Assembly (NCBI GenBank): GCA_026706695.1
Contig: JAPOYE010000047.1
Coordinates: 1,760 to 65,759 of the forward strand
Direction: 5' to 3'
Length of the DNA stretch: 64,000 bases
Source of the DNA: Candidatus Dadabacteria bacterium
GTDB taxonomy: Bacteria; Desulfobacterota_D; UBA1144; Nemesobacterales; Nemesobacteraceae
Position 1 is the stretch's first letter. Each line of letters opens with the position of its first letter. The notes under the pieces were generated by a model. That model was not told where the DNA came from and searched no databases. It was given only the letters and a program-made list of their open reading frames with translations. The translations under genes were made by a program, and so were the position numbers. Shown here piece by piece: positions 1 to 9,943 of this stretch.

Positions 1-168
1 TCCATGGGTTTTGTGAACAAGGTCGCGCTTCTTTCAGAAAGGGCAGACCACCACCCCGACATCCTCATACGGTGGAACAAGGTTTCCATCACCCTTTCAA
101 CCCACAGCGAAGGCGGAATCACGGAAAAAGACCTGAGTCTGGCGGGGGAAATAGAAAAGGCGCTCTGA
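1..168 (+). CDS. pterin-4-alpha-carbinolamine dehydratase (PCD/DCoH), C-terminal part; 5' end outside window
   Basis: Frame +1 is open from base 1 to TGA at 166-168. It reads FVNKVALLSERADHHPDILIRWNKVSITLSTHSEGGITEKDLSLAGEIEKAL*, which has the DHHP...V.I.L.TH core typical of PCD proteins. Absent from the ORF track because no start codon lies in the window. Confidence 0.7.
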   Translation, partial: SMGFVNKVALLSERADHHPDILIRWNKVSITLSTHSEGGITEKDLSLAGEIEKAL

Positions 169-196
169 CGCGAGTTCCACGCGCCGTCCGGGAAAG

Positions 197-463
197 CTAG
201 TCCGCATCCCTTATTTCGTAATCGTCCTCTCCGAGGGTAATGGTATCCCCTCCAGGTCCGCCCACGCGGGGATCGGTTTTTCTGCCCCTGCCCGGAAACA
301 GCTTCCTCAAAAGCGAGGCTCCTGCTCCGAGAACTCCTAGCGCAACCAGAGCCAGAACGCCGAAAAACGCGAAAAGGCAGACGGCCACGACCACGAAAAG
401 TGCAATGAAGGGAAGAGAGAAAAACGGAACTCTTCCCCTGCGAATGTAGATTTTTCCAGCCAT
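197..463 (-). CDS. small membrane protein, function unknown
   Basis: 88-aa ORF with one long hydrophobic stretch (FFSLPFIALFVVVAVCLFAFFGVLALVALGVLGAGA) and a charged C-terminus. No family recognised. Confidence 0.4.
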   Translation of the reverse strand: MAGKIYIRRGRVPFFSLPFIALFVVVAVCLFAFFGVLALVALGVLGAGASLLRKLFPGRGRKTDPRVGGPGGDTITLGEDDYEIRDAD

Positions 464-485
464 TAAGACACCTTATTCAATATTA

Positions 486-3341
486 TCACCGACCGCAGCA
501 CCTTTTGTATTTCTTGCCGCTGCCACAGGGACACGGGTCGTTCCGACCAACCTTCTTCTGCGTTCTCCTGACCGGGGTCTTGGCCTTTTCTTCAGCCCCT
601 TCTCCCCGCCCGAGCACCATTTTCTTCTCCTCAAGCTCCCTTCTTCTCTCAAGTTCCTCGATCTGCTCTTCGCTCGCGGGCTGTATCCTGAAAAGATTGG
701 AGCAGACGTCCATCCTGAACTTGTCCATCATGAGGGCAAACATGTCGAAGCCCTCTTTCGTGTATTCCCGAAGGGGGTCTTTCTGCGCATATCCCCTGAG
801 TCCCACCCCTTCCCTCAGGTGATCCATGTTAAGAAGATGATCCTTCCAGAGATAGTCTATGTGCTGAAGCATGACGTAGCGTTCGACCTGCGAGAGGTTT
901 TCAGAACCTATCCTCTCCTCTTTTTCCCGGTACGCGGCGGTCAGTTTTCCGGTGACTTCTTCCGTTATGACTTCGCCGTCCGCCTTGCCGGAGGCTTCTA
1001 TCTCGATCTCCGTTCCGAAAATCCTCCCGATAACTTCGCAGAGCTCGGAGAAATCAGATTCCGGGCGGTCATCCCGCCCCGCCAGGTAACTGCCCACGGA
1101 TTCCCGAACGATGTCTTCTGAAGACGTAAAAAGCATCTCTCTCAGGCTCTCGCCGCCCTCGAGAATTTCGCGGCGCTGCCTGTAGACGACGTCTCTTTGC
1201 GTGTTGAGAACATCGTCGTATCTCAGGAGATGCTTGCGGATGTCAAAATTCCTTCCCTCGACCTTTTTCTGGGCGTTCTCAATCGACTTGCTTATCATCG
1301 AGTGCTCAATCGGCTCTCCTTCCTCCCACCCGAGCTTGTCCATGACACCCGTTATCCTCTCCGAGGCGAAAATGCGCATCAGGTCGTCTTCAAGGGAAAC
1401 ATAGAATCTTGAAGATCCGTCATCTCCCTGTCTTCCCGCCCTTCCCCTAAACTGGTTGTCTATCCTCCTCGCCTCGTGTCTTTCGACCGAAAGGATATGA
1501 AGCCCGCCGAGTTCCTTAACTTTCTCCTTTTCAGAATCGCAGATCGATTTCGCCTCGAAAAGCGCTTCCTCGTGCTGCTTTGGATCTGCTTCCTCGGGCT
1601 GGACCCTGAACTCTTTCCTGAGAATATCCATTGCAAGGAACTCGGGGTTTCCGCCGAGCAGTATGTCAGTTCCCCTCCCCGCCATGTTGGTCGCTATGGT
1701 TATGGCTCCTATCCTGCCCGCCTGGGCGACAATCTCGGCCTCTTTCCCATGCTGCTTGGCGTTAAGCACGTTGTGGCTAAGACCCATCTTCTCAAGGTAG
1801 GCGCCCAGTTTTTCCGACTGCTCGATCGATGATGTGCCGACAAGCACCGGCCGGCCGGCGGAATTCATTTCCTTTATCTCAGCGCACGCGGCGTTGAACT
1901 TCTCGCGCTCGGTCCTGTAGACAACATCTTCGTAATCCTTCCTTATAAGCGGCTTGTGGGTCGGTATCACGGTGACGTCAAGATCGTATATGTGGCTGAA
2001 CTCAAACGCTTCCGTGTCGGCGGTACCCGTCATACCGGCAAGCTTTCTGTACATCCTGAAATAGTTCTGGATCGTTATGGTGGCCATCGTTTGGTTCTCG
2101 CTTTCGATTTCCACCCCTTCCTTGGCCTCAACCGCCTGGTGAAGCCCGTCGCTCCATCTGCGCCCCGGCATGAGCCTCCCCGTGAACTCGTCGACTATCA
2201 CAACCTTCCCGTCCTGCATCATGTAGTCGACGTCGAGGCTGAAAAGAGCATTGGCGCGAAGCGACTGGTTAACGTGGTGGAGAACCTTGAGGTTGACAGG
2301 GTCGTAGAGATTCGGGACGTCGAGCGCCCTCTCCGTCTTGGAAACCCCCTCCTCGGTAAGATCCACCTGCCTTGTTTTCTCGTCCACCGTGAAATCGGTC
2401 TTCCCGGAAAGCGTCTTCACCACCTTGTCCACCTTGTAGTAAAGATCGGTCGAGTCCTCCGAAGGTCCCGAGATTATAAGCGGGGTTCTCGCCTCGTCTA
2501 TGAGAATGCTGTCGACCTCGTCCACTATGGCGAAATTGTGGCCGCGCTGAACGTAGCTCTCAAGGGAGAACTTCATGTTGTCGCGCAAGTAGTCGAAACC
2601 GAACTCGTTGTTGGTTCCGTAGGTAACGTCCGCCTGATAGGAATCCTGCCTGGTTGAAGGCTCGAGGCAGGTCTTGAAGGAATTTATGATGTCGAGGTTT
2701 TTTTCGGGAAGAACGTCGTTTGCCAGATACTCGTTTGGCCACGCGGTCAGGTTTTTCTCTACCGACTCTTCGGCCCGCTTGGGATCCTCCCAGGCAAGCA
2801 CGTAGGAGGCATCGTGATTTATAACTCCCACCTTCATGTCCAGGACCATAAAAATCGGCGACATCCAGGTGGCATCCCTGGCGGCCAGGTAATCGTTTAC
2901 GGTGATAAGGTGGGAGCCGAGCCCGGTGAGGGCGTTTAGGTAAAGGGGCAGGACGGCGACCAGCGTTTTTCCTTCCCCGGTTCTCATCTCGGCTATTCTG
3001 CCTCTGTGAAGAACCATCCCCCCTATCATCTGAACGTCGAAATGCCTCATGGCTATCGTTCTTCTCGACGCTTCCCTCACGGCGGCGAACGCCTCCGGCA
3101 GTATATCCTCAAGAGCCCTCTCCATCTCAGCGAAATACTTCTCGTCGGACGGGCTTCCGTTTGTGCCGAGACGGGAGTGTATCAGTTCCCGGAATTGCGA
3201 GGTCTTTGCGCGAAGTTCCGCCGTGGGAACCTTAACCAGCGTTTCTTCAAGGTCGTTTATCCTTTCTGCCAGAACGCCGAGCTTCTTCACCTCTCTTTCG
3301 TTCTGCGAGCCGACTATCTTTTTCAGGACGTAAGAAATCAT
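486..3341 (-). CDS. secA: preprotein translocase ATPase SecA
   Basis: 951 aa. Motor motifs MRTGEGKTLVAVLP and DEVDSILIDEARTPLIISG, plus the C-terminal zinc finger CPCGSGKKYKRCCG. Confidence 0.97.
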   Translation of the reverse strand: MISYVLKKIVGSQNEREVKKLGVLAERINDLEETLVKVPTAELRAKTSQFRELIHSRLGTNGSPSDEKYFAEMERALEDILPEAFAAVREASRRTIAMRHFDVQMIGGMVLHRGRIAEMRTGEGKTLVAVLPLYLNALTGLGSHLITVNDYLAARDATWMSPIFMVLDMKVGVINHDASYVLAWEDPKRAEESVEKNLTAWPNEYLANDVLPEKNLDIINSFKTCLEPSTRQDSYQADVTYGTNNEFGFDYLRDNMKFSLESYVQRGHNFAIVDEVDSILIDEARTPLIISGPSEDSTDLYYKVDKVVKTLSGKTDFTVDEKTRQVDLTEEGVSKTERALDVPNLYDPVNLKVLHHVNQSLRANALFSLDVDYMMQDGKVVIVDEFTGRLMPGRRWSDGLHQAVEAKEGVEIESENQTMATITIQNYFRMYRKLAGMTGTADTEAFEFSHIYDLDVTVIPTHKPLIRKDYEDVVYRTEREKFNAACAEIKEMNSAGRPVLVGTSSIEQSEKLGAYLEKMGLSHNVLNAKQHGKEAEIVAQAGRIGAITIATNMAGRGTDILLGGNPEFLAMDILRKEFRVQPEEADPKQHEEALFEAKSICDSEKEKVKELGGLHILSVERHEARRIDNQFRGRAGRQGDDGSSRFYVSLEDDLMRIFASERITGVMDKLGWEEGEPIEHSMISKSIENAQKKVEGRNFDIRKHLLRYDDVLNTQRDVVYRQRREILEGGESLREMLFTSSEDIVRESVGSYLAGRDDRPESDFSELCEVIGRIFGTEIEIEASGKADGEVITEEVTGKLTAAYREKEERIGSENLSQVERYVMLQHIDYLWKDHLLNMDHLREGVGLRGYAQKDPLREYTKEGFDMFALMMDKFRMDVCSNLFRIQPASEEQIEELERRRELEEKKMVLGRGEGAEEKAKTPVRRTQKKVGRNDPCPCGSGKKYKRCCGR

Positions 3342-3445
3342 GCGCCGAAGCGGTCTCCTTTAGCTAACGGTTCCCGGAACGTCCGGGAACAGCTCTCCTA
3401 AAACAGTCTAATAATCCGTGGGAAATAGACAAGGAATTTCTGGCT

Positions 3446-6400
3446 TCAGGCGTCAAGCTTCACGCTTACGACCCTCGAAGCGGCGGTACCGTCCGCGGTT
3501 ATTCCTATAAGCGCGTCGGCCTCGTGCATGGTTTTTCTGTTATGCGTGATGACGGCCACCTGGGAATGGGCCGCTATCTCGCTCAGGATCTTGTTGAATC
3601 TCACCGTGTTCACTTCGTCAAGCGCGGCGTCTATTTCATCTAGGAACACAAAGGGAACGGGCTTTACCAGGCATGCGGAGATTATGACCGCTATGGCCGA
3701 AAGTGCCTTTTCCCCTCCCGAGAGCAGGTTTATCGGCTGGAAGCGCTTTCCTCCGGGCCTGATCATGACCTCCACTCCGGTTTCAAGCAGGTTTCTGGGA
3801 TCCGTAAGCTCAAGGCGAGCCTCTCCGTTTTCGAAAAGCTTGCAGAAGGTTTCGCTGAATTTCCCGTTTACGGTCTCAAACGCCTCCCGGAACCTTGAAA
3901 CTGACTCCCTGTCAAGCTTCCTTATAGCGCCTTCGAGGTAATCAAGCGCCCGGGCGAGGTCGTCGGTCTGGCGCTGGAGAAACCCGTTTCTCTCTTCAAG
4001 CTGCTCGTATTCCTCGGGCGCGAGCAGGTTCACGGGACCGAAATTCTCTACGCGCCGCCGAAGCGTCTTAAGTTCCCTCTCCGCATCGGGTATCGAAACA
4101 TGGGAGAGATTCGGGCTTTGCGAGACATCGGGCGTAGCATCGCCGAATGTCTCCGCGTACCGTTCGCTCAGATACTCAAACTCATCCTCCGCACGCTCAA
4201 GCTGCGCCTGGGCCGAGGCAAGCCGCTCTCTTCGCGAGGAAAGTTCTTGTGATGCGGCCTCGAATTCCTCTTCGCTTCTGCGGAGATCCTCCGCGTAGTG
4301 CGACACCCTTTCCCTGAGTTCCCCGAAGGACTCTTCTCTTAAGCCTAGGTCGCTGCAGATCTTCTCAAACTCCTCTTCCGCCTGGCGTCTCGACAGGGCA
4401 AGCGCTTCGCTCTCCTGTTTTTTAAGTTCCCCATCCTTTGTTCTAAGGGAAAGCTTCTCGTTTATGACCGCCTTTATTCTCTCGGCTTCCGATATCTCGT
4501 GCTCAAGGGCCTTTTCCCTTTCAAGAACCCCGGCGTTCTCTATCCTGAGTTTCGTTACTTTCTCCTGAAGAGCTTTTTCCTCCTCGGCAAACCCGAGAGC
4601 CCGTTTTTCGATTTCCCCGTATTTTGATTCAAGGGCGCTTCTTTGGCCGTCAAGCTGCTCTATAAGCGACTCCATCTCCTCGACGGTGCGGTTTTTGCTC
4701 CCCAGCTTGCGCTCAAGCTCGTCGCGCTGCACCTCAAGGTTCCCGATTCTCGTCCCCATCTCTTCTATCCTGGTCTCCGCGTTCGAGCGGTCCTTTGCGT
4801 TCTCAACCGAGCTTATCTCGCAGCGCCGAAGAAGTTCCTCTACCTGCCCCCGGCGGCTCTCAAGCGCATCCATCTCCTCTCTAAGCGTCCTGCAGACAGA
4901 TTCCAGTTTCTCTATGTCGGCCAAAAGGGTCTGTGTCTGCCCCTCAAGCTCCTCGATTTCCCTTTTTCTCTCAAACACCCCTGCCAGGGATTTTCCGCCC
5001 GTCACGGCCCCTTGGGAATCGACGTAGTCTCCCTCGAGGGTGGCGAAGCACGCGCCGTTTCCCGTCCGGTCCTTAAGCCTGATGGCTTCCCGCAGATCGG
5101 AAGTGACGTAAACTTCCTGCAGCATCGAGTCAACAAGGCTTTTCTCTATCACTTTCACGTCAAGGAGGCTGTTAAGGGAGGTCGCATCCGGCTTGCCGTT
5201 TCCGCTGGCCCTGCCGTTTCCGTTTGCCGAGCCGTTTGCCGCGAACCGTTCGGTTGCCGGTATGAAGGTTCCCCTTCCCGCGTCAAACTCCCTTAGGAGC
5301 TCGACCGCGGCGACCGCCTCCGTGCTCCCTTCGACCACTATCCAGTTGAGTTTTTCCCCGAAGGCCGCCTCGACCGCTCTTTCGTAGTTTCTCGGGACGG
5401 AAACGAAATCGGAAACAACCCCCAGCACGCCCCTCTGCTTGCGCTCGAGCACGAACTTGCGCGTGGCGTCAGGAAGCCATTCGTAGTTGCTCTGTATTTT
5501 GTTAAGGGCCTCCACCCTGGAGACGCAGTCTTTTTTCCTGCCTTCAAGACCCCTCAGTTCGCCGAGTTTTTTCTCATGCTCAACCCTGAGATCGTAAAGA
5601 CGCGAATCGATTTCTTCTTTTTCTTTGGTGGCCGAGGTAAATTCGTCTTTTATTTCCCCTTCCCGGCGGCGGAGCGAAGCAAGTCTTTTCTCGCACTCGA
5701 GTTTTTCAAGTCCCAAGGCGGAAACCTCCCCCTCAAGCACCTCTTTTTTCTCCTCAAGCTCCTCAAGCTCCTTTGAGAAAGCACCTATCGTGCTTCCAAG
5801 CGAGCTTCTTCTGGTCATCACGTCAGAGACCAGGTCTGCAGTTTCCTCAAGTTCCTTTTTGTTCTGTTCCCATTCGCTTTTTAAGGTCACAAGGTTCTGT
5901 TCCTCGCGCGAAATCTCCTCTGAAGCGGAAAGACGCGTGGTTTTAAGTTCTTCTGACTGGAGCCCGGCGCGGCTGCTTCTCTCCTCCATCTCCGAAACTT
6001 CGCGCCCGAGGCTCTCTATCTCGGCTTCAATGTTCGTTACGTAGCTTGAAATCCCGGCGATCTCCCGTTCGATCGAGGCCCTGCGGTACTCGTTTTCCCT
6101 TTTCTGCGCCCGAAGCTCGTAGATCTCCTTCTCAAGGGACCCCAGATCCTGGCCCGAAACGGAATTTTTCTCCTTCGCCTCTTGAAGCAGCCCGCGCTTT
6201 TGCTCAAGCTCGGCATCTGCCGAGCGGACGAACTGTTCCGCCCCGAGCTTTTTCTCAAGAAGCGCTTCCTTGCGCTGCTGCGAGCCTGAGAGCTTGGCCG
6301 AGAGAACATCAAATTCAAGCGAGCGGGCCCGCCCGGTGAGCTCCTCGTACTCTCTGGCGCGCTTTGCCTGAAGCGCCACGGACTCAATACGGTCCGAAAC

Positions 6401-6982
6401 CTCGCGCTTCATATCAAGGACGCGGGAGAGGTTCTCCCTGGTCGACTCTATCCTGCTTCTGGTTTCCTTTCTTCTGAGCTTGTACTTCTCGGTCCCCGCG
6501 ACTTCCTCTATGAACTTTCTTTTCTCATCGGGCTTCGAAAGTATGAAGGATTCGACCTGGCCCTGTTCGACAATCGAATAGGCCCTCGCACCCATTCCGG
6601 TGTCAAGAAGCATCTCGGTTATGTCCTTGAGGCGGCACTTGACCCCGTTTATGCTGTATTCGCTCTCTCCCGAGCGGTAAAGTTTCCTCCGGATTCTGAC
6701 TTCCTCAAAACCGAAGCCCTCGACCTCCTCAAGGACCAGGGACACGTCGGCCATGCCCAGGGGCTTGAGCTCGGCGCTCCCGTTGGAGATAACGTCTTCC
6801 ATGCCCCCCGCGCGCAGCTGTCTCGGGTTGTGTTCGCCGATTACCCACCTGATGGCGTCGAGAATGTTGGATTTTCCGCAGCCGTTGGGACCGACTATCG
6901 CGGTTATACCCTCGGAGAAGTCTATTCTCGTCTTCAGGTAAAAAGATTTAAAACCTGCTATTTCAAGTGCTTTAATTCTCAT
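3446..6982 (-). CDS. smc: chromosome segregation protein SMC
   Basis: Walker A GPNGCGKSNILDAIRWV, long coiled coils with a central hinge, signature LSGGEKALSAIAV and Walker B VFLDEIDAALD. Start moved to the ATG at 6980-6982 (MRIKALEIAGFKSF), the canonical SMC N-terminus; the track start at 7036 adds 18 atypical residues. Confidence 0.95.
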   Translation of the reverse strand: MRIKALEIAGFKSFYLKTRIDFSEGITAIVGPNGCGKSNILDAIRWVIGEHNPRQLRAGGMEDVISNGSAELKPLGMADVSLVLEEVEGFGFEEVRIRRKLYRSGESEYSINGVKCRLKDITEMLLDTGMGARAYSIVEQGQVESFILSKPDEKRKFIEEVAGTEKYKLRRKETRSRIESTRENLSRVLDMKREVSDRIESVALQAKRAREYEELTGRARSLEFDVLSAKLSGSQQRKEALLEKKLGAEQFVRSADAELEQKRGLLQEAKEKNSVSGQDLGSLEKEIYELRAQKRENEYRRASIEREIAGISSYVTNIEAEIESLGREVSEMEERSSRAGLQSEELKTTRLSASEEISREEQNLVTLKSEWEQNKKELEETADLVSDVMTRRSSLGSTIGAFSKELEELEEKKEVLEGEVSALGLEKLECEKRLASLRRREGEIKDEFTSATKEKEEIDSRLYDLRVEHEKKLGELRGLEGRKKDCVSRVEALNKIQSNYEWLPDATRKFVLERKQRGVLGVVSDFVSVPRNYERAVEAAFGEKLNWIVVEGSTEAVAAVELLREFDAGRGTFIPATERFAANGSANGNGRASGNGKPDATSLNSLLDVKVIEKSLVDSMLQEVYVTSDLREAIRLKDRTGNGACFATLEGDYVDSQGAVTGGKSLAGVFERKREIEELEGQTQTLLADIEKLESVCRTLREEMDALESRRGQVEELLRRCEISSVENAKDRSNAETRIEEMGTRIGNLEVQRDELERKLGSKNRTVEEMESLIEQLDGQRSALESKYGEIEKRALGFAEEEKALQEKVTKLRIENAGVLEREKALEHEISEAERIKAVINEKLSLRTKDGELKKQESEALALSRRQAEEEFEKICSDLGLREESFGELRERVSHYAEDLRRSEEEFEAASQELSSRRERLASAQAQLERAEDEFEYLSERYAETFGDATPDVSQSPNLSHVSIPDAERELKTLRRRVENFGPVNLLAPEEYEQLEERNGFLQRQTDDLARALDYLEGAIRKLDRESVSRFREAFETVNGKFSETFCKLFENGEARLELTDPRNLLETGVEVMIRPGGKRFQPINLLSGGEKALSAIAVIISACLVKPVPFVFLDEIDAALDEVNTVRFNKILSEIAAHSQVAVITHNRKTMHEADALIGITADGTAASRVVSVKLDA

Positions 6983-7238
6983 GGGAGAATCGCGGCCCGG
7001 CATCGCTGCGTTCACGCGCGCCGCCGCCCGTTTCACGCAAAATCCTCGCCGTAACCGGGAAAGTTAAAGCTCCCGCATGCGTATTATAGAAGCCCTGACA
7101 GGGCCAGAATCCTGAAGAAAGCTGCCGGGATAATGCTTTCGGCAGTACGTGAAAAAGATTCCTTATCGATCAAGGCCTTCCGGTCAATATGAATTATACC
7201 ACAATATCTAGAGGATTTACAACTTCCCGGTCGGGAAA

Positions 7239-8831
7239 TCACCCTCCTTGGGAAAGAAGGTTCTTGTTGGGTGAGATCTTGGAGCTTTCTCTGAGGTTCT
7301 CAAGCAGGCGTTCAACCACAAGCATCTTTCGCAACGAGACCTCCTGGCGCCTAAGAGAATCCCTCTCGTTCCCGAAGTACCCGCTGTCGGCGGGCTTTGT
7401 CTTCGCAAGCGACACTATGTAGAAAGTCTCCCCCGACTTGTAAACACGATTGGGGGTAGGACGGTTGCTTCTCAGCCCGAAGACATCTGAAATGAAATCC
7501 CCCGATTCGACGTCCAGAGGATCCTCGGACCTTGAGAAAAAACCGGTGCGCTCCACCGAAAGACCCATGGACTTGGCCACCCCGGAGAAACCTTTGCCCG
7601 AGGCGGTTATTTTCGCGAGACTGTTCCCAGCGGATTCCCTGGCCCGATCGACGCCCTTTTCCCTTTTTAGGGCCTCGACAATCTCCCCGCGCGCGGACTC
7701 AATTCCCGACCGCTTTGAGGATTGAACCCGGGTTATCTCGAAAAACCAGGTGAAATCCCGAAGCACCACGTTTGAAAGCCTTTTTTTCTTTACCGAAAAG
7801 GCCTCTCTTCTTATGGCGCCGGGGATGTCTCCGCCCGCGCCTCCGAGAGTAAACTCCGCGGTTTCTTTCACCTCAAGCGAGCTTTTTTCGGAAAGAAGGT
7901 CTGAAAAGGAACGTCTTTTCCGGAGAAACTCCTCAAGGAACTGGTTGTAGAGAAGCTTTGATTTGCCCTCTACAAGCTGCTTTTTTATCTCCCCCTTTAC
8001 GTCGTCAAATGGTTTCGGGGTCCCTTTGGAAAGAAATTCCTCCGGGTAAGTAGTGTAGTAGGCCTCGATTTCCTCGTCGGAAACCTCGGCATCCTCGGTG
8101 AAATCCCCGGGAGTGAGCTTTACGTAGCGCGCCGCGCGTTTCTCCGGCTCCCAGAAAAGATCGGTGTTTTTTCTGTAATACCGGGCGATCTCCTCTTCGC
8201 TCGGTTTCTGGCCCTCAAGGTAATCCCGGGCCGCAAACGAGACGTAGTGAAGATCGATTTTCTCCTCGCGCGTCCTGTAGATGCTCAAAAGCTCCTCGTC
8301 GCTTGCCGTTACGGAACTGTCAAGAACTGAAACGAGCTTCTCCACAAGGAGATCTTCCCTGTAGGAATCCTCGAAATCCTTCACGGTGCGGTTAAGCCCC
8401 CTTGAAATAAAGTCCCGGTAGCGTTCAAACCCCACGAAAGCGCCGTCCACCTGGAACCCCGGATCGTTTCTTATTGCGTCTGAAAGCTCCTCCTGGCTTA
8501 CCCTGATCCCCAGTTCTTCGGCCTTCTGGGCGAGAAGCTTCTTGTTGACCAGCGAGTCGATCACGGAAAAATTCACGTATTCGAAAAGCTCGTCCGAGAT
8601 CTCCTGGTCGCTGCGGCGCAGGCGGTCAAGCATCGAGTCCCTGAGATTATAGAACTCCGCGAGGGAAACCTTGTCCCCGTTTACCTCTACCGCAGCTCCG
8701 CCGCTTGGGCCTCTACCCCCTATACTTATTCCTCCCACGTATCCGAAGCCGATAACGAAGGTAAGGGCGAGCAGCAGAAGCAGGGCCTTGGTGAGAAGGC
8801 CTTGCCTGTTTTTTATGATATCGAATGCCAA
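7239..8831 (-). CDS. PpiD-like periplasmic chaperone (SurA N-terminal domain protein)
   Basis: 530 aa with an N-terminal membrane anchor (ALLLLLALTFVIGFGYVGG). It continues with the SurA_N-like region VNGDKVSLAEFYNLR...VIDSLVNKKLLAQKAEELGI. No clear rotamase signature seen. Confidence 0.7.
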   Translation of the reverse strand: MAFDIIKNRQGLLTKALLLLLALTFVIGFGYVGGISIGGRGPSGGAAVEVNGDKVSLAEFYNLRDSMLDRLRRSDQEISDELFEYVNFSVIDSLVNKKLLAQKAEELGIRVSQEELSDAIRNDPGFQVDGAFVGFERYRDFISRGLNRTVKDFEDSYREDLLVEKLVSVLDSSVTASDEELLSIYRTREEKIDLHYVSFAARDYLEGQKPSEEEIARYYRKNTDLFWEPEKRAARYVKLTPGDFTEDAEVSDEEIEAYYTTYPEEFLSKGTPKPFDDVKGEIKKQLVEGKSKLLYNQFLEEFLRKRRSFSDLLSEKSSLEVKETAEFTLGGAGGDIPGAIRREAFSVKKKRLSNVVLRDFTWFFEITRVQSSKRSGIESARGEIVEALKREKGVDRARESAGNSLAKITASGKGFSGVAKSMGLSVERTGFFSRSEDPLDVESGDFISDVFGLRSNRPTPNRVYKSGETFYIVSLAKTKPADSGYFGNERDSLRRQEVSLRKMLVVERLLENLRESSKISPNKNLLSQGG

Positions 8832-8982
8832 CGGGGTTTTCCTTGAAAAGACGAACTAAACTCTATATGAGCCGGTATCAACTTTCAAGCCGTCGCAGCG
8901 GGCCGCGCGGTCCCCGGCTTGACACGGATAAGGGGCTCAAATAGCTTACAGGTGAAATATCCGGGAGCACGGAGAAACTCAG

Positions 8983-9936
8983 ATGATAACGGCACTTGGC
9001 GGCGGAAGCGGAGCCGCGAAATTCCTCAAGGGACTCACGGGGATAATTCCCCTGTCGGAACTTACCGTAATAGTGAACACCGCGGATGACATGGACCTTT
9101 ACGGAATGAGGGTCTCTCCGGACATAGACACCATAATCTACAGGCTCTCGGGAAGCATAGACGAAAAAAAAGGGTGGGGGCTCCGCGGCGACACGTTCGA
9201 GTTTCTGGGCGCCGCCGCGAGGTTCGGTTTTCCGACATGGTTCGGGCTCGGGGACAGGGATCTCGCCACTCACCTGTTCAGAAAAGCCGTCACCGACGGG
9301 GGCGGGACCCTCAGCGAATCCACTTCAAAGATAGCGCAGCGCTTCGGCCTCGGGGAAATGCGCATACTGCCAATGAGCGATGACAGGGTCGAGACATGGA
9401 TAGAGACGGACGCGGGCGAAATGCACTTCCAGGAATACTACATAAAGCACGCGATGCGCCCCGAGGTTCGCGGGGTCAAGATAAAGGGCGCACGCGAGGC
9501 TTCCGCGGCCCCGCTGGTTCTTGACTCGATAGACGGCGCCGACCTGGTGATCATATGCCCGAGCAACCCCATAATCAGCATAGGGCCCATACTCGAGATA
9601 AAGGAAGTTAGAGAAAGGCTAGTCGGCGCGCCGGGACTCAAGGTCGCCGTGAGTCCCCTTATGCGCGGAAAACCCCTTAAGGGTCCGGCGGACAAACTCA
9701 TGAGGGGGCTTGGAATGGAAGCTTCTTCGACTCAGGTGGCCAGGCTTTACGCCGATTTTCTGGACGTGCTCGTGATTGACCGCTCGGATGCGGGAGAGGC
9801 GGCCGCCATAGAAGCTCTCGGGGTAAGCGTTTTAGTGACGGACACCGTAATCCCCGACGAGCAAAGCTCGATGCGTCTTTCGCAGGAAATTCTTAATTTT
9901 ACAGAATCTTTGGGACAGCGGCGCGCTTCACCCTAG
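8983..9936 (+). CDS. cofD: 2-phospho-L-lactate transferase (CofD/FbiA family)
   Basis: 317 aa. It aligns by eye along its length with archaeal CofD: GGGSGAAKFL, VNTADD, SPDIDT, LGDRDLATH, ILPMSDD, MHFQEY, ICPSNPIISIGPIL, AVSPL..G.PLKGPA.KLM. Confidence 0.85.
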   Translation: MITALGGGSGAAKFLKGLTGIIPLSELTVIVNTADDMDLYGMRVSPDIDTIIYRLSGSIDEKKGWGLRGDTFEFLGAAARFGFPTWFGLGDRDLATHLFRKAVTDGGGTLSESTSKIAQRFGLGEMRILPMSDDRVETWIETDAGEMHFQEYYIKHAMRPEVRGVKIKGAREASAAPLVLDSIDGADLVIICPSNPIISIGPILEIKEVRERLVGAPGLKVAVSPLMRGKPLKGPADKLMRGLGMEASSTQVARLYADFLDVLVIDRSDAGEAAAIEALGVSVLVTDTVIPDEQSSMRLSQEILNFTESLGQRRASP

Positions 9937-9943
9937 GGAGCGA

